A DNA stretch of 64,000 nucleotides from Gammaproteobacteria bacterium (lineage in GTDB: Bacteria; Pseudomonadota; Gammaproteobacteria; Eutrophobiales; Eutrophobiaceae). Shown here piece by piece: positions 19,428 to 28,764 of the stretch. The notes under the pieces are model-generated. The model was not told the DNA's origin, ran no database searches, and was given only the letters and a program-made list of their open reading frames with translations. The position numbers and the translations under genes were made by a program. The stretch's first letter is position 1. The number at the start of each line of letters is the position of its first letter. Where the stretch lies: contig JBCKWI010000001.1 of assembly GCA_038922795.1 (NCBI GenBank), forward strand, positions 24,033 through 88,032. The letters are read 5' to 3'.

Positions 19428-19784
19428 CTACAAAGACCGCAAAAATTCCAGTAACGCCTTGCGCATCTTCATGGGTAACGCATTATATAATTTCAGCAAT
19501 TCCTCCTGTTCGTCCGTCATCGCTGCCCGGTATGCAGGCACAGACCCCTCCTTAATCATGAAGGCCGTTTTTTCCTCTTTCGGCTTACGACCGGTAGCCA
19601 ACCATTCATAGCTCACACCTAACACACCGGCAAGCTGTTCCATGCGCTCCCGGCGCGGCGCCGTGCCCTGTGCCGATTCCCACTGGCTGCAAGCACTGCG
19701 GGTAACACCGAGCATTCCGGCAAGACTGGATTGGGAAATATCGGCGTCTTTCCTTGCCTGCCGGATTCGTGCGCTGATTGACAT
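19428..19784 (-). CDS. XRE/cI-type helix-turn-helix transcriptional repressor
   Basis: 118 aa. The HTH is IRQARKDADISQSSLAGMLGVTRSACSQWES. Confidence 0.8.
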   Translation of the reverse strand: MSISARIRQARKDADISQSSLAGMLGVTRSACSQWESAQGTAPRRERMEQLAGVLGVSYEWLATGRKPKEEKTAFMIKEGSVPAYRAAMTDEQEELLKLYNALPMKMRKALLEFLRSL

Positions 19785-19820
19785 GCAGGCAGTTTAAGAA
19801 ACTGATGTAGGGCGGAACAG

Positions 19821-19860
19821 GTTAGAATTACTTGACATATATGGTTAGTATTTCTAACCT
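19821..19860. promoter_or_regulatory. Operator/promoter region between divergent regulators: GGTTAG half-sites and TTGACA -35
   Basis: GGTTAGAAttacTTGACAtatatGGTTAGtatttCTAACCt. It contains the palindrome GGTTAG-N5-CTAACC plus an extra GGTTAG half-site. TTGACA, a 17-nt spacer and TAACCT face the + strand gene. Confidence 0.4.
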
Positions 19861-19899
19861 TGGTGGCGGAGAAAAAACTGTCCAGAGGATGGAAAGCCC

Positions 19900-20190
19900 A
19901 TGAATACCAAAACGACCTCATCCAACAAACTTGCAGTCAGAAAGTTCCTGCGCCAATACGGTCTGACACCGGAAGCGATCGGCCTGCGTGCAAAATGCAG
20001 CATGACGGAAGTGTATGGCGCGTTACATCCGGATCTCTTTGAAATGTGTCCATTGATACTGGTGGCAAAAGTGTGGGGCGCCGTTGAACAGGAATTATCC
20101 ATCCAGGGCTGGAAGGGCGAAAAAGAACGACTCTGGGGTGAGTTTAAGGCGAGACTCAAAAAACTCGCCGGTGCCCAGCAAAAAATATGA
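19900..20190 (+). CDS. Small DNA-binding protein, Ner/Cro-like (tentative)
   Basis: 96 aa, divergent from the XRE gene. The segment LAVRKFLRQYGLTPEAIGLRAKCSMTEVYGAL resembles the Ner/Nlp HTH arrangement. Confidence 0.45.
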   Translation: MNTKTTSSNKLAVRKFLRQYGLTPEAIGLRAKCSMTEVYGALHPDLFEMCPLILVAKVWGAVEQELSIQGWKGEKERLWGEFKARLKKLAGAQQKI

Positions 20191-20327
20191 GGAGGTTCCC
20201 GGCCCAACTTCACGGCAATTTCATGCCTATCCTGCTGATAAACAATCTTTCGGATTAACCGGGCTTTCATAACTGGTATAAAATCACCATCTCCTGTTTC
20301 AGACTTCTCCAGTAGAATAGCAAAGCT

Positions 20328-22244
20328 ATGCAAGCCTGTGTTTATTTCAGATTGAAGCATTTTCTCTTCGCCGTCTTGTTGTGCTCTCCTTTATCCGGTC
20401 ATGCACGCCAGATTGATGTGCCGTTAAGGCTGGAACAGGGTTTCATGCAACGCCTGCTGGCGGAACAGGTTTATACCGAAAATGATGGCGAGGCACGGGT
20501 GTGGAATGACGGCAAGGATTGCAACATACTGACGCTGTCCGCGCCGGAACTTGGTTTTGAGAATGGCCAGATACGCACAAAGACTGCAACGCAAGCACGT
20601 TTTGGTACTGCCATCGGCAGTATCTGCATACCGCTTTTAAACTGGAGCGGATATATTGAAGTTTTCCAGGAACCGTTGCTGGGTTCTTCTCCCGGTGTGG
20701 TGGAATTCAAGGTCGTGGATTCAAAGATCTATAAAGAAGACAGCGAATCCCAGGGGATATTCGGTACGCTGTGGGACTGGATAAAAAAATATGTACACCC
20801 GCGCTTCAACCGCCTGCAATTGAATCTGCAACCGGTACTCGATGAACTCAGGGGATTGCTGGGTCTGGTCTTCCCCCTTGATTCCAGCGGACCGCGCCAG
20901 ATCATGGATTCCGTATCCTTCGACAGTGTTGTTGTTGACGCTGATCATATCGAACTGGGTGTCCGTTTCGAGGTGCCGGAATATATAAGGAGTGCATTGC
21001 CTGTTGAATCGGAACCGGCTTTGACTCATGAAGAATTAATGCGCTGGGAAGAAGCCTGGCAACGCTGGGATGCATTTCTCACCTCCGTCATCAAGCATGC
21101 CGGCGCGGACACCGATCTCCATGAACTACGCTCTTCCCTGTTCGCCGTATTACTTGATGCGCGCCAGGATCTGCTGGAAGTACTGGTGCCCACTGTCTCG
21201 GATGCGCCTGATCCGGTACCGGAGTTGTTTGTCAAAACCTGGGAACAACTGGCGCCGGAATTACGCCGGGTCAGTGAAAAAATCCCGACCTCATCGATCA
21301 CCAGTTATCTGAGTTTTATCACCGCTGGCGATGCGCTCGCTGCCATACAAATGCTGGAAGAAGAAACCGGTTTTATATTGACAGCGGATGCCCTGCGCCG
21401 CATGGCCCGCATGATTGCGCCGGTAGAGACACGCGATCCATTGCACTACGATACTGAGGTCGATCCGGAATTGCGTGAAGTGTTTGGTTTTGGTCCGCCA
21501 CTCCCACCGCCCGAGGCCGATCCTGCACCCGCGGATACGGATCAATTCATAAATCAATCATTACCACCAGCAAGTCCGCTACAGGTCGTGGGTGGCATGC
21601 CGGCTGCGTTGATGTTGTCATTCATGCCGGCATTGATAGTCCATGAAAGTGCATACCACGTGCTGGTCAATCGCCTGAACGGCTGGGTGCCGACAATCAA
21701 TGTACTTAACGAATACCTGCCACAGATGCAGTTACTGCTGGATCTGGTCGCGCAATCAACCCTGCGGAAAAAAAAGCTGGACAGTCAATTCAAGGAACTT
21801 TACCGGACACTGGTACTGACTACCGCCTGGCAGGAAAGCTGCTGGCGGCAGTATGTCAGGACCAGAGGTGAGATTATTCCGATACGTTCCAATGCCGGGG
21901 CGGTCGGTATCATGCAGATCAACCAGCATGTCTGGCGTGGTTTTTATGAAATCGAAGGCTTACAGCATAATCTGGGCTATAACGCAGAGGCAGGCAGCGA
22001 AATCCTGCAACATTATCTGGTTGATTACGCCATCGCCAGAGGCGAACATAACCATGCAGGCGGACTGGATAACCTGATGCGTGCCACCTATGCCATGTAC
22101 AACGGTGGTCCGAAGCATATCAGCCGTTATCGTAATGAGAATACATCCGCCTCACTGCGTGCCATTGACAAAGGTTTCTGGGAAAAATTCCAGAAAGTGC
22201 GGTCCGGCAATACTATGGCGGTAGCCCAATGTTATACAGGTTAA
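20328..22244 (+). CDS. Lytic transglycosylase (SLT) domain-containing periplasmic protein
   Basis: 638 aa with a signal peptide. C-terminal SLT motifs are present: TTAWQESCW, AVGIMQIN and YAMYNGGP. Confidence 0.85.
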   Translation: MQACVYFRLKHFLFAVLLCSPLSGHARQIDVPLRLEQGFMQRLLAEQVYTENDGEARVWNDGKDCNILTLSAPELGFENGQIRTKTATQARFGTAIGSICIPLLNWSGYIEVFQEPLLGSSPGVVEFKVVDSKIYKEDSESQGIFGTLWDWIKKYVHPRFNRLQLNLQPVLDELRGLLGLVFPLDSSGPRQIMDSVSFDSVVVDADHIELGVRFEVPEYIRSALPVESEPALTHEELMRWEEAWQRWDAFLTSVIKHAGADTDLHELRSSLFAVLLDARQDLLEVLVPTVSDAPDPVPELFVKTWEQLAPELRRVSEKIPTSSITSYLSFITAGDALAAIQMLEEETGFILTADALRRMARMIAPVETRDPLHYDTEVDPELREVFGFGPPLPPPEADPAPADTDQFINQSLPPASPLQVVGGMPAALMLSFMPALIVHESAYHVLVNRLNGWVPTINVLNEYLPQMQLLLDLVAQSTLRKKKLDSQFKELYRTLVLTTAWQESCWRQYVRTRGEIIPIRSNAGAVGIMQINQHVWRGFYEIEGLQHNLGYNAEAGSEILQHYLVDYAIARGEHNHAGGLDNLMRATYAMYNGGPKHISRYRNENTSASLRAIDKGFWEKFQKVRSGNTMAVAQCYTG

Positions 22245-22308
22245 ACCAACATCAGACTGGGGATCATTTTTAGGGATGCTCTGAATAAGTCATAAATTGC
22301 TATCAGCC

Positions 22309-22484
22309 GTCATTCTGGTGAAAACGACCCACAGGATGTAGGAAATGCCGCAAGACGCCTATAGGGACATAGGCGGTAGGGCGACGCAGGATGCCAAAGC
22401 CGAGGACAGGGCCGCTCCTTCACTTCCATGTGATCGCGGCATTAGCACATCCATGTGCGTCAGTCCGTAGCGGCCAGCATCCAG
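22309..22484. repeat. REP-type element, family GTCATWCYGG...ATCCAG, expanded copy
   Basis: It starts gtcattctggtg and ends gccagcatccag, with about 150 nt of internal sequence. The internal gatgccaaagccgagg recurs at 27200. Confidence 0.5.
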
Positions 22485-22490
22485 TAAACA

Positions 22491-22527
22491 ACCCCCATCC
22501 TACCTTCCCCCTGAAAGGGGGAAGGGG
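22491..22527. repeat. Hairpin repeat ACCCCCATCCTACCTTCCCCCTGAAAGGGGGAAGG (second copy at 34851..34888)
   Basis: The stem is CCTTCCCCC/GGGGGAAGG. A near-identical 38-nt sequence lies at 34851..34888. Confidence 0.8.
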
Positions 22528-22718
22528 ATACTGGCAGGAGTTTATACCCGGAGGGTACCAGAATGACGATTCAAAGAATTTTTAGACTTAATCAGAGTTT
22601 CCTTAGCAATAAATCAGTTTTCTTTTTTCAGAATAATACGGTTATCTTCCCGATTGCAGGATGTATGAATTAATCAAAAACCTGTACACTGAAGGGCGAT
22701 AATACCCGGTCAATATAT

Positions 22719-23102
22719 ATGAAGAAAAATATACTGATAGCCCTGATTTCCATCATCATAATTGTGACACTGGTCTATTCTACAAAACAACATGAGCAGA
22801 GTTACATATCATTTGAATATAAATGTATAGCAACAAATGGATCAATAAATGATGTGGTCGACAAAACTGTAGCGGAATTTCCTGAGTGTACTATTATCTC
22901 CTCCGGCCAGTTTATGGAATCCGATTTCATATTTGTCAGATGTGGAACCGCAGCGCTGAATGCCAGTAACTTCGTAACATTCAAAAACAGGGATGCCTGT
23001 GATGCATTTTCCGGGTTGGATCTATTCCAGCAAAAAAATATTATTTCGAAACAGGCATTGCCGGGCAATCCGGCAAATCCAGCTATAAAGAATGATCAAT
23101 AA
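22719..23102 (+). CDS. Hypothetical protein with N-terminal TM/signal anchor (low-GC)
   Basis: 127 aa. It begins MKKNILIALISIIIIVTLVY. I recognised no motif. Confidence 0.45.
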   Translation: MKKNILIALISIIIIVTLVYSTKQHEQSYISFEYKCIATNGSINDVVDKTVAEFPECTIISSGQFMESDFIFVRCGTAALNASNFVTFKNRDACDAFSGLDLFQQKNIISKQALPGNPANPAIKNDQ

Positions 23103-23141
23103 AGCCGGGTATGGAATTACATTCTCTCTAAGGGACTGCTT

Positions 23142-23456
23142 ATGTCAGAATTCAAAAATATCAGTGTCGTCAAAAAAGCCAATGTTTATTTTGACGGGAA
23201 TGTGACCAGCCGTACTGTCCTGTTTGCGGATGGTGCAAAAAAGACGCTGGGAATCATGCTGCCGGGTGAGTATGAATTTAATACGGATGCAAAAGAAATC
23301 ATGGAAATTTTGTCAGGTGAGCTTGACGTGCTGCTGCCACAGAATGATGCATGGAAATCATTCAGGAGTGGAGATTCTTTCGAAGTGCCTGCCAATTCAA
23401 AATTCAAACTGAATGTTAAAACACTCACTGATTATTGCTGTTCATTTATTAAATAA
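23142..23456 (+). CDS. ppnP: Pyrimidine/purine nucleoside phosphorylase PpnP (DUF1255)
   Basis: 104 aa. It has [14 protein letters not shown] and [21 protein letters not shown], typical of YaiE/PpnP. Confidence 0.85.
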   Translation: MSEFKNISVVKKANVYFDGNVTSRTVLFADGAKKTLGIMLPGEYEFNTDAKEIMEILSGELDVLLPQNDAWKSFRSGDSFEVPANSKFKLNVKTLTDYCCSFIK

Positions 23457-23642
23457 TTTCACGTTTACTTAATAAAGATCTTTCTTTGGTCTATGCTTTA
23501 ATCATCACAATAAAATCTGTCTCAAAATTAGCGGGCCCAGGCGGCATGGATTGTTCCATACAATCCATATGCATTTCCTCCATCCATGGAGGTCAAACAA
23601 GGCAAGTATAGAAATTTTTGAGTATCACTGAAGGAGGTTTAT

Positions 23643-24059
23643 ATGAGCTACACAACACACAAGGTAAATTATTGTTACATCACCGTTGGAAATCGCGCAG
23701 GCGCAGCAGTCAACATACTCGATCAACTCAAGGCAGCAAGTATCAATCTGCTGGCCTTTTCCGGATTTCCGGGCAAAGGCGGCAAGGCACAGGTTGATCT
23801 GGTAGCCGACAAATTGATCGGAATACAACGGCTGGCAAAGAAAAACGGCTGGAAACTGAGCAAGTCCAAAAAAGCATTCCTGATCCAGGGGAGTGATCAA
23901 GTGGGTGCCGTTGCAGGACCCATTGCCAGACTGGCAAAAGCAAAGATCAATATTACCGCTGCTGATGCCGTTGCTGCGGGCAAAGGCCGGTATGGCATGA
24001 TCCTCTGGGTGAAACCCAAGGTTTATAACCGCGCTGCCAAGGCACTCAAGGCACGCTAG
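23643..24059 (+). CDS. Hypothetical protein, tandem ACT-like fold (tentative)
   Basis: 138 aa with RBS gaaggaggtttatATG. It contains two repeats of a pattern like V.V.NRAGA...IL..L..A.INL. Confidence 0.4.
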   Translation: MSYTTHKVNYCYITVGNRAGAAVNILDQLKAASINLLAFSGFPGKGGKAQVDLVADKLIGIQRLAKKNGWKLSKSKKAFLIQGSDQVGAVAGPIARLAKAKINITAADAVAAGKGRYGMILWVKPKVYNRAAKALKAR

Positions 24060-24253
24060 AGCATTAGTTCAAGGAATAGTGGTTTCGCAGGAGATTATTA
24101 CTATCTCCTCAACGGTTATTATTAGCTCAAACAAAACTTAAGCATTACTTCACCTGCTCAAACACAGGATTTTTCCCGTCTTCCCAATCTGCCTGCAACA
24201 TGCTAATGTTGCGGTGCAATATCGCACGGTTCTCCTGAGGAGCGTTTCTATAC

Positions 24254-26884
24254 TTGAAGACCCACGTTAAATCCCTGATTGGTATATTGCTTGTGATTGC
24301 CGCCAACCTGTCAATCTGGGCATGGATCAATCGTCCGCATGAACCCGCCGCCGGATGGAGTGGCAAGATCACCGGATTTTCCTTCAGTCCCATGCGCCGG
24401 GATGACAATCCACTGCATGGTGAATTGCCGTCTCCTGCTGAAATTGAATCTGATCTCAAATTTCTTACCGGCAAGATCACTGCAGTTCGCATCTACGGCA
24501 TGAATGGCGGGCTGGAACTGGTGCCAGGTCTCGCTGCAAAACATGGATTGAATGTAACAGCAGGTGCCTGGATTTCACCTGACCCGGTAAATAACGAACG
24601 TGAACTACGTGCCTTGATAGAGGCCGGTAAAAATTACCGTAATGTCGTGCGTCTCATGGTAGGCAACGAAGTCCTGCTCCGTAATGACATCCCGGCGGAA
24701 CAATTAATCCGTTATATCCGCGAGGTGCAGAAACAGGTTGGTCATCGTGTCAGTACCGCTGAACCGTGGCAGGTCTGGTTGAAAAATCCGGAGCTAGTCG
24801 AAGCAGTAGATTTTATTGCCATTCATGCCCTGCCCTACTGGGAAGGTGTGCATATCGACAAGGCAGTCGATCATGTTTTCAATTCGTATGAACGACTCCG
24901 GGCCGCGTATCCAGACAAAACCATCATCTTTTCTGAAGTCGGCTGGCCAAGTGATGGTCCCACAATTGGTGATGCCATTCCCTCATTGGTCAATCAGGCC
25001 AAATTTCTGCGCACATTCCTCAACGAAGTCATATCACACGACATTGTTTATTACGTGGTCGAGGCTTTTGATCAACCCTGGAAGATCGAGATCGAAGGCC
25101 CGGCCGGTCCTTACTGGGGTGTGTACAATGTAGACCGTATACCAAAGTTCCCCATGACCGGTGCCATGATGGAACTACCAACATGGAAACATTGGGCCGG
25201 TGTCGCAGTGCTACTGGCATTGTTGCCCGCGTTGTATTTCATGATGAGGCGTAGCAATGTCAGCACCCGGGGCAAAGTGTTGTTTGCGATTATCACCAAT
25301 TTTGCTGCATCCGGGATTGCCTGGACTGCCTCCATTGGCGCCAGCCAGTATCAAACGCCACTCTCTGCAACACTATGGATCGTACTCGTCTTGCTCCAGG
25401 CCTTCGCCATGCTGGTGATGATGGTCGAGGCTGTCGAAGTTTCCGAAATACTCTGGCGCCGCAACTCCGCACGTGAGTTCCGGTCATTGCCGTACCGTGA
25501 AGGTTATTTTTATCCCAAAGTCTCGATACACGTGCCTATATATAATGAACCACCGGAAATGGTGCAGGAGACACTCGAGGCACTTGCGCGTCTTGATTAT
25601 GAGAATTACGAAGTGCTGGTCATTGATAACAACACCAAATATCCGGCCATGTGGCAACCGGTTGAAAAAATCTGCCGCGAACTCGGCGCACATTTCCGTT
25701 TCTTCCATCTTGAAAACTGGCCCGGATATAAAGCCGGGGCACTGAACTTCGGTCTCAGTGAGACCAGCGCAAATGCTGATGTTATTGCGGTAATCGATAG
25801 TGACTATGTCGTAACACCGCAATGGTTGAAAAGTCTTACGCCTTATTTCGAGGACCAGCGTGTCGGCTTTGTGCAGGCACCGCAGGATTATCGCGACGGG
25901 AACGAAAATCTCTTCAAGCGCATGTGTTACTGGGAATATACAGGCTTCTTTTACATCGGCATGGTCCAGCGCAACGACTTCAATGCAATTATTCAACACG
26001 GCACGATGACGTTAATCCGCAAATCAGCACTCATCGCTGCTGGACAATGGGCGGAGTGGTGCATCACCGAAGATGCGGAACTGGGACTGCGCTTGCTGCG
26101 TGCAAGGCATGATTCTGTTTATGTGAATGAGAGTTTCGGGCGCGGCCTGATGCCGGATACGTTGTCCGCTTACAAAACCCAACGTTTCCGCTGGGCCTAC
26201 GGTTCAGTGCAGATCATGAAACGCCATCTGCTGGCATTGCTGCCGTTTGTGAGTAAAGGCCTGAATCCTTCGCAGAAATATTATTTTGTTGCGGGCTGGC
26301 TGCCGTGGTTGTCTGATGGACTTGCATTGATCTTTGTCATCGCAAGTCTGGTACTGAGCGCGAGATTGATAACTACATATCCACCCACGGATCTGCCGAT
26401 AGAAGCATTCGTATTACCAACCATCGGTATTTTCTGTTTCAAGGTGATCCGATCGTTGTGGCTTTATTCTGCAAAGGTCAAATGTAACTTCAGGGATTCA
26501 ATTTATGCGCTCATCGCGGGACTTGCCTTGATGCACAGTGTCGGCAAAGCAGTACTTACCGGCATCATCACTTCAGGCCGTCCGTTCGTACGTACACCAA
26601 AACTCGAACGCGGCCGGCCATTGTTATCGGCCATAGCAATGATCTGGGAAGAACTGGTATTGCTCATCATGCTCTGGGGCGCAGCCTGGTGGATATATTC
26701 CATCGAATATTTTTACAACACCCAGGGCCGCTTGTGGATCAGTGTATTGCTCGTGCAATCCACGCCCTACCTTGCCGCTGTGTTGATGGCCGCGATCAAT
26801 GTCGCCTTCAGCATCGAACGCCTACCCGCACCACCACCACGATTACGACCAATGCAGATTGAATCATCCCAACAACTACAGTGA
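24254..26884 (+). CDS. Bifunctional GH17 glucanase/transglycosylase + GT2 glycosyltransferase, NdvB-like beta-1,3-glucan synthase
   Basis: 876 aa with a TTG start. The N-terminal TM is followed by a GH17-like domain (VGNEVLLR, FSEVGWPS). After that come several TM segments and a GT2 domain (VLVIDNN, IDSDY, TEDAELG, QRFRWAYG), then C-terminal TM helices. Confidence 0.75.
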   Translation: MKTHVKSLIGILLVIAANLSIWAWINRPHEPAAGWSGKITGFSFSPMRRDDNPLHGELPSPAEIESDLKFLTGKITAVRIYGMNGGLELVPGLAAKHGLNVTAGAWISPDPVNNERELRALIEAGKNYRNVVRLMVGNEVLLRNDIPAEQLIRYIREVQKQVGHRVSTAEPWQVWLKNPELVEAVDFIAIHALPYWEGVHIDKAVDHVFNSYERLRAAYPDKTIIFSEVGWPSDGPTIGDAIPSLVNQAKFLRTFLNEVISHDIVYYVVEAFDQPWKIEIEGPAGPYWGVYNVDRIPKFPMTGAMMELPTWKHWAGVAVLLALLPALYFMMRRSNVSTRGKVLFAIITNFAASGIAWTASIGASQYQTPLSATLWIVLVLLQAFAMLVMMVEAVEVSEILWRRNSAREFRSLPYREGYFYPKVSIHVPIYNEPPEMVQETLEALARLDYENYEVLVIDNNTKYPAMWQPVEKICRELGAHFRFFHLENWPGYKAGALNFGLSETSANADVIAVIDSDYVVTPQWLKSLTPYFEDQRVGFVQAPQDYRDGNENLFKRMCYWEYTGFFYIGMVQRNDFNAIIQHGTMTLIRKSALIAAGQWAEWCITEDAELGLRLLRARHDSVYVNESFGRGLMPDTLSAYKTQRFRWAYGSVQIMKRHLLALLPFVSKGLNPSQKYYFVAGWLPWLSDGLALIFVIASLVLSARLITTYPPTDLPIEAFVLPTIGIFCFKVIRSLWLYSAKVKCNFRDSIYALIAGLALMHSVGKAVLTGIITSGRPFVRTPKLERGRPLLSAIAMIWEELVLLIMLWGAAWWIYSIEYFYNTQGRLWISVLLVQSTPYLAAVLMAAINVAFSIERLPAPPPRLRPMQIESSQQLQ

Positions 26885-26927
26885 CACCGGCCAGTGGAAC
26901 AAATATAATCTTGAATCACAGTAAACC

Positions 26928-26954
26928 GTCATACTGGTGTATACCAGTATCCAG
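26928..26954. repeat. REP-type hairpin, family GTCATWCYGG...ATCCAG, short copy
   Basis: gtcatactggtgtataccagtatccag. Confidence 0.7.
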
Positions 26955-27263
26955 TCAATATAAAGTCCGCTTTCAGGCGGCACATTTATTTAACTGAATG
27001 ACGAATAAACTCTGAGTTTTTCTGTACTGTACTAAAGGAATAGTGATGAACACAAAGAATTTCACACACCTCGACTATAAGGATGTAGTCGGTACGATTA
27101 CAAGGAAGTAATCGGTAGAGTCGAGTCCGGAACGGAGACCGAGAGCGACGCACGACTCCAGGGATGGAGGAGGTAGAATCGCGTCGGGAACAGCGATCGA
27201 GGATGCCAAAGCCGAGGGTTCATAGAGCTTTTAGGGTGTCTACTTATAGTTAGGTTTCAATTA

Positions 27264-27764
27264 ATGATGATTTATCTTGTAGGAACTAATCATGAACTTC
27301 AGCATACAGCTAAGCCAAAGAGAGCTGAAATTGGAAGAGTAAAAGAAGCAAGAAGTAAATTTAAAGTATATCTCAAAGAACTAGCTCTAAAATTTAAAGC
27401 GACTCTTCTCGCAGAAGAATTTGCTGAAGAAGTTCTTGGGTACCTTGATGCTAGCTCAAATATAAAATCTATTGCTGACGAATTAGGAATAGAACATAGA
27501 TTTTGTGAGCCAGACAGCACAACCAGAACAAAACTTGGTGTTCCTGCTACTGGCACCGGAGATTTACCTGCTCATGAAAGACTTAGGTTGCATGCCATTC
27601 GAGAAAAATATTGGCTAGAAACCATTAAAGATAAGGCAAATGATATTATAATTTTTATTTGCGGTTCTAATCATGTGAAAAGTTTTGAAAGTCTTCTACA
27701 AAAAAATGGATTTAACGTAATCATATTAGAATCATATTGGGGTAATGAAATATATGAAACCTAA
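27264..27764 (+). CDS. Hypothetical cassette protein (weak TraB/GumN-like GTxH / GSNH pattern), low-GC
   Basis: 166 aa. It has YLVGTNHELQ and IFICGSNHV. Its stop TAA lies inside ACCTAAC. Confidence 0.5.
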   Translation: MMIYLVGTNHELQHTAKPKRAEIGRVKEARSKFKVYLKELALKFKATLLAEEFAEEVLGYLDASSNIKSIADELGIEHRFCEPDSTTRTKLGVPATGTGDLPAHERLRLHAIREKYWLETIKDKANDIIIFICGSNHVKSFESLLQKNGFNVIILESYWGNEIYET

Positions 27765-27821
27765 CCAACGGCTCAAGCACGACGCGCAAAAGGCGCGCGC
27801 GTCTTATCCGAGCCGTTATGT
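27759..27821 (+). other. attC-like recombination site 1
   Basis: ACCTAAC-CAACGGCTC...GACGCGC-aaaag-gcGCGCGTC...GAGCCGTTA-TGT. It is an imperfect 60-nt hairpin bounded by AAC and GTT triplets (R-prime GTTATGT). Confidence 0.45.
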
Positions 27822-27979
27822 GTCAAAAAGTCTGAGCCGCTGAAATGATCACCCTCAATGGCGGACGCGGTGAAATAGCGCGCCATTTCCTGTCGGGTGC
27901 GCGGAGTCGGGCCGCTCAAGCTTTTCGTTGGGCGACTTAGAGCTTGCCTTGGTCATACCTTTGGTGATACCTTGGAGCA

Positions 27980-28216
27980 ATGAAAGTCGCAATCTCCCTG
28001 CCCGATCCCGTTTTCAAGGCCGCTGAGGTTCTAGCTCACAAGCTCAAGAAGTCCCGCAGCCAGCTCTATGCGGAGGCCATCGCTGAGTACGTCGGCACGC
28101 GCGGCGCAAAGGCCCTCACGGCGAAGCTGAATTCCGTTTATGCCAATGAGTCCTCGGAAGTTGATCCAGCTTTGAAGTATGCCGAGCTTGAGTCGCTGAG
28201 CCGTGAAGCGTGGTGA
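27980..28216 (+). CDS. Ribbon-helix-helix (CopG/MazE-like) antitoxin
   Basis: 78 aa. MKVAISLPDPVFKAAEVLAHKLKKSRSQLYAEAIAEYV is a typical RHH. It overlaps the toxin gene by 14 nt. Confidence 0.75.
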   Translation: MKVAISLPDPVFKAAEVLAHKLKKSRSQLYAEAIAEYVGTRGAKALTAKLNSVYANESSEVDPALKYAELESLSREAW

Positions 28217-28541
28217 GGTCTGGTGGGCCTCACTTTCCGAGCCGGCCGGTTCGGGGCCTGGGTTCCGGCGCCCTGTCCTGCTGATTCAATCCAACCCGTT
28301 CAATGACAGCAGAATCTCAACCGTAGTCATTGCTGCCATCACGTCAAACTTGGCGCTGGCTGAGGCACCCGGCAATGTTCGCATCGGAAAGGCAGTGTCT
28401 GGCCTAGCGAAACCATCCGTCGTGAATGTGTCTCAGATACTCACTATAGATCGTTCGTATCTTACGCAGCGCGTTCGTGCAGTCCCGGCAGAGACAATGC
28501 GGCGAGTGGACAGCGGACTGCGTTTGGTTCTTGGGCTGTGA
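28203..28541 (+). CDS. PemK/MazF family type II toxin (mRNA interferase)
   Basis: 112 aa with a GTG start. It has KRGEVWWASL....G.....RPVLLIQSN and VVIAAITSN. Confidence 0.8.
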   Translation: MKRGEVWWASLSEPAGSGPGFRRPVLLIQSNPFNDSRISTVVIAAITSNLALAEAPGNVRIGKAVSGLAKPSVVNVSQILTIDRSYLTQRVRAVPAETMRRVDSGLRLVLGL

Positions 28542-28545
28542 AGTC

Positions 28546-28717
28546 GCCCAACAACAGGTTCCAGCCGACGTCCCTGCCTGGAATTAAAGGGCCGGCGTGA
28601 TTTAAAATCAACCGGTCAAAATGAAGTACATGGATGTTCAAATGTCGCGGGCGCAGGAAGCGCATGAGCGGCTAAATCACTCCGGCCCTTTCGTGTTTCT
28701 TGAATGCCCTGTTAATA
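28546..28717 (+). other. Long attC-like imperfect hairpin (GCCCAAC ... GTTAATA) with a 19-bp internal inverted repeat
   Basis: AAAGGGCCGGCGTGATTTA (28586..28604) versus TAAATCACTCCGGCCCTTT (28673..28691) matches 18/19. The outer CAACAGG pairs with CCTGTTA. At 172 nt it is longer than classical attC. Confidence 0.35.
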
Positions 28718-28764
28718 GGTGCTATATATAGGTCTATTAATTGCAGCATATAGAGGCCAATCAC

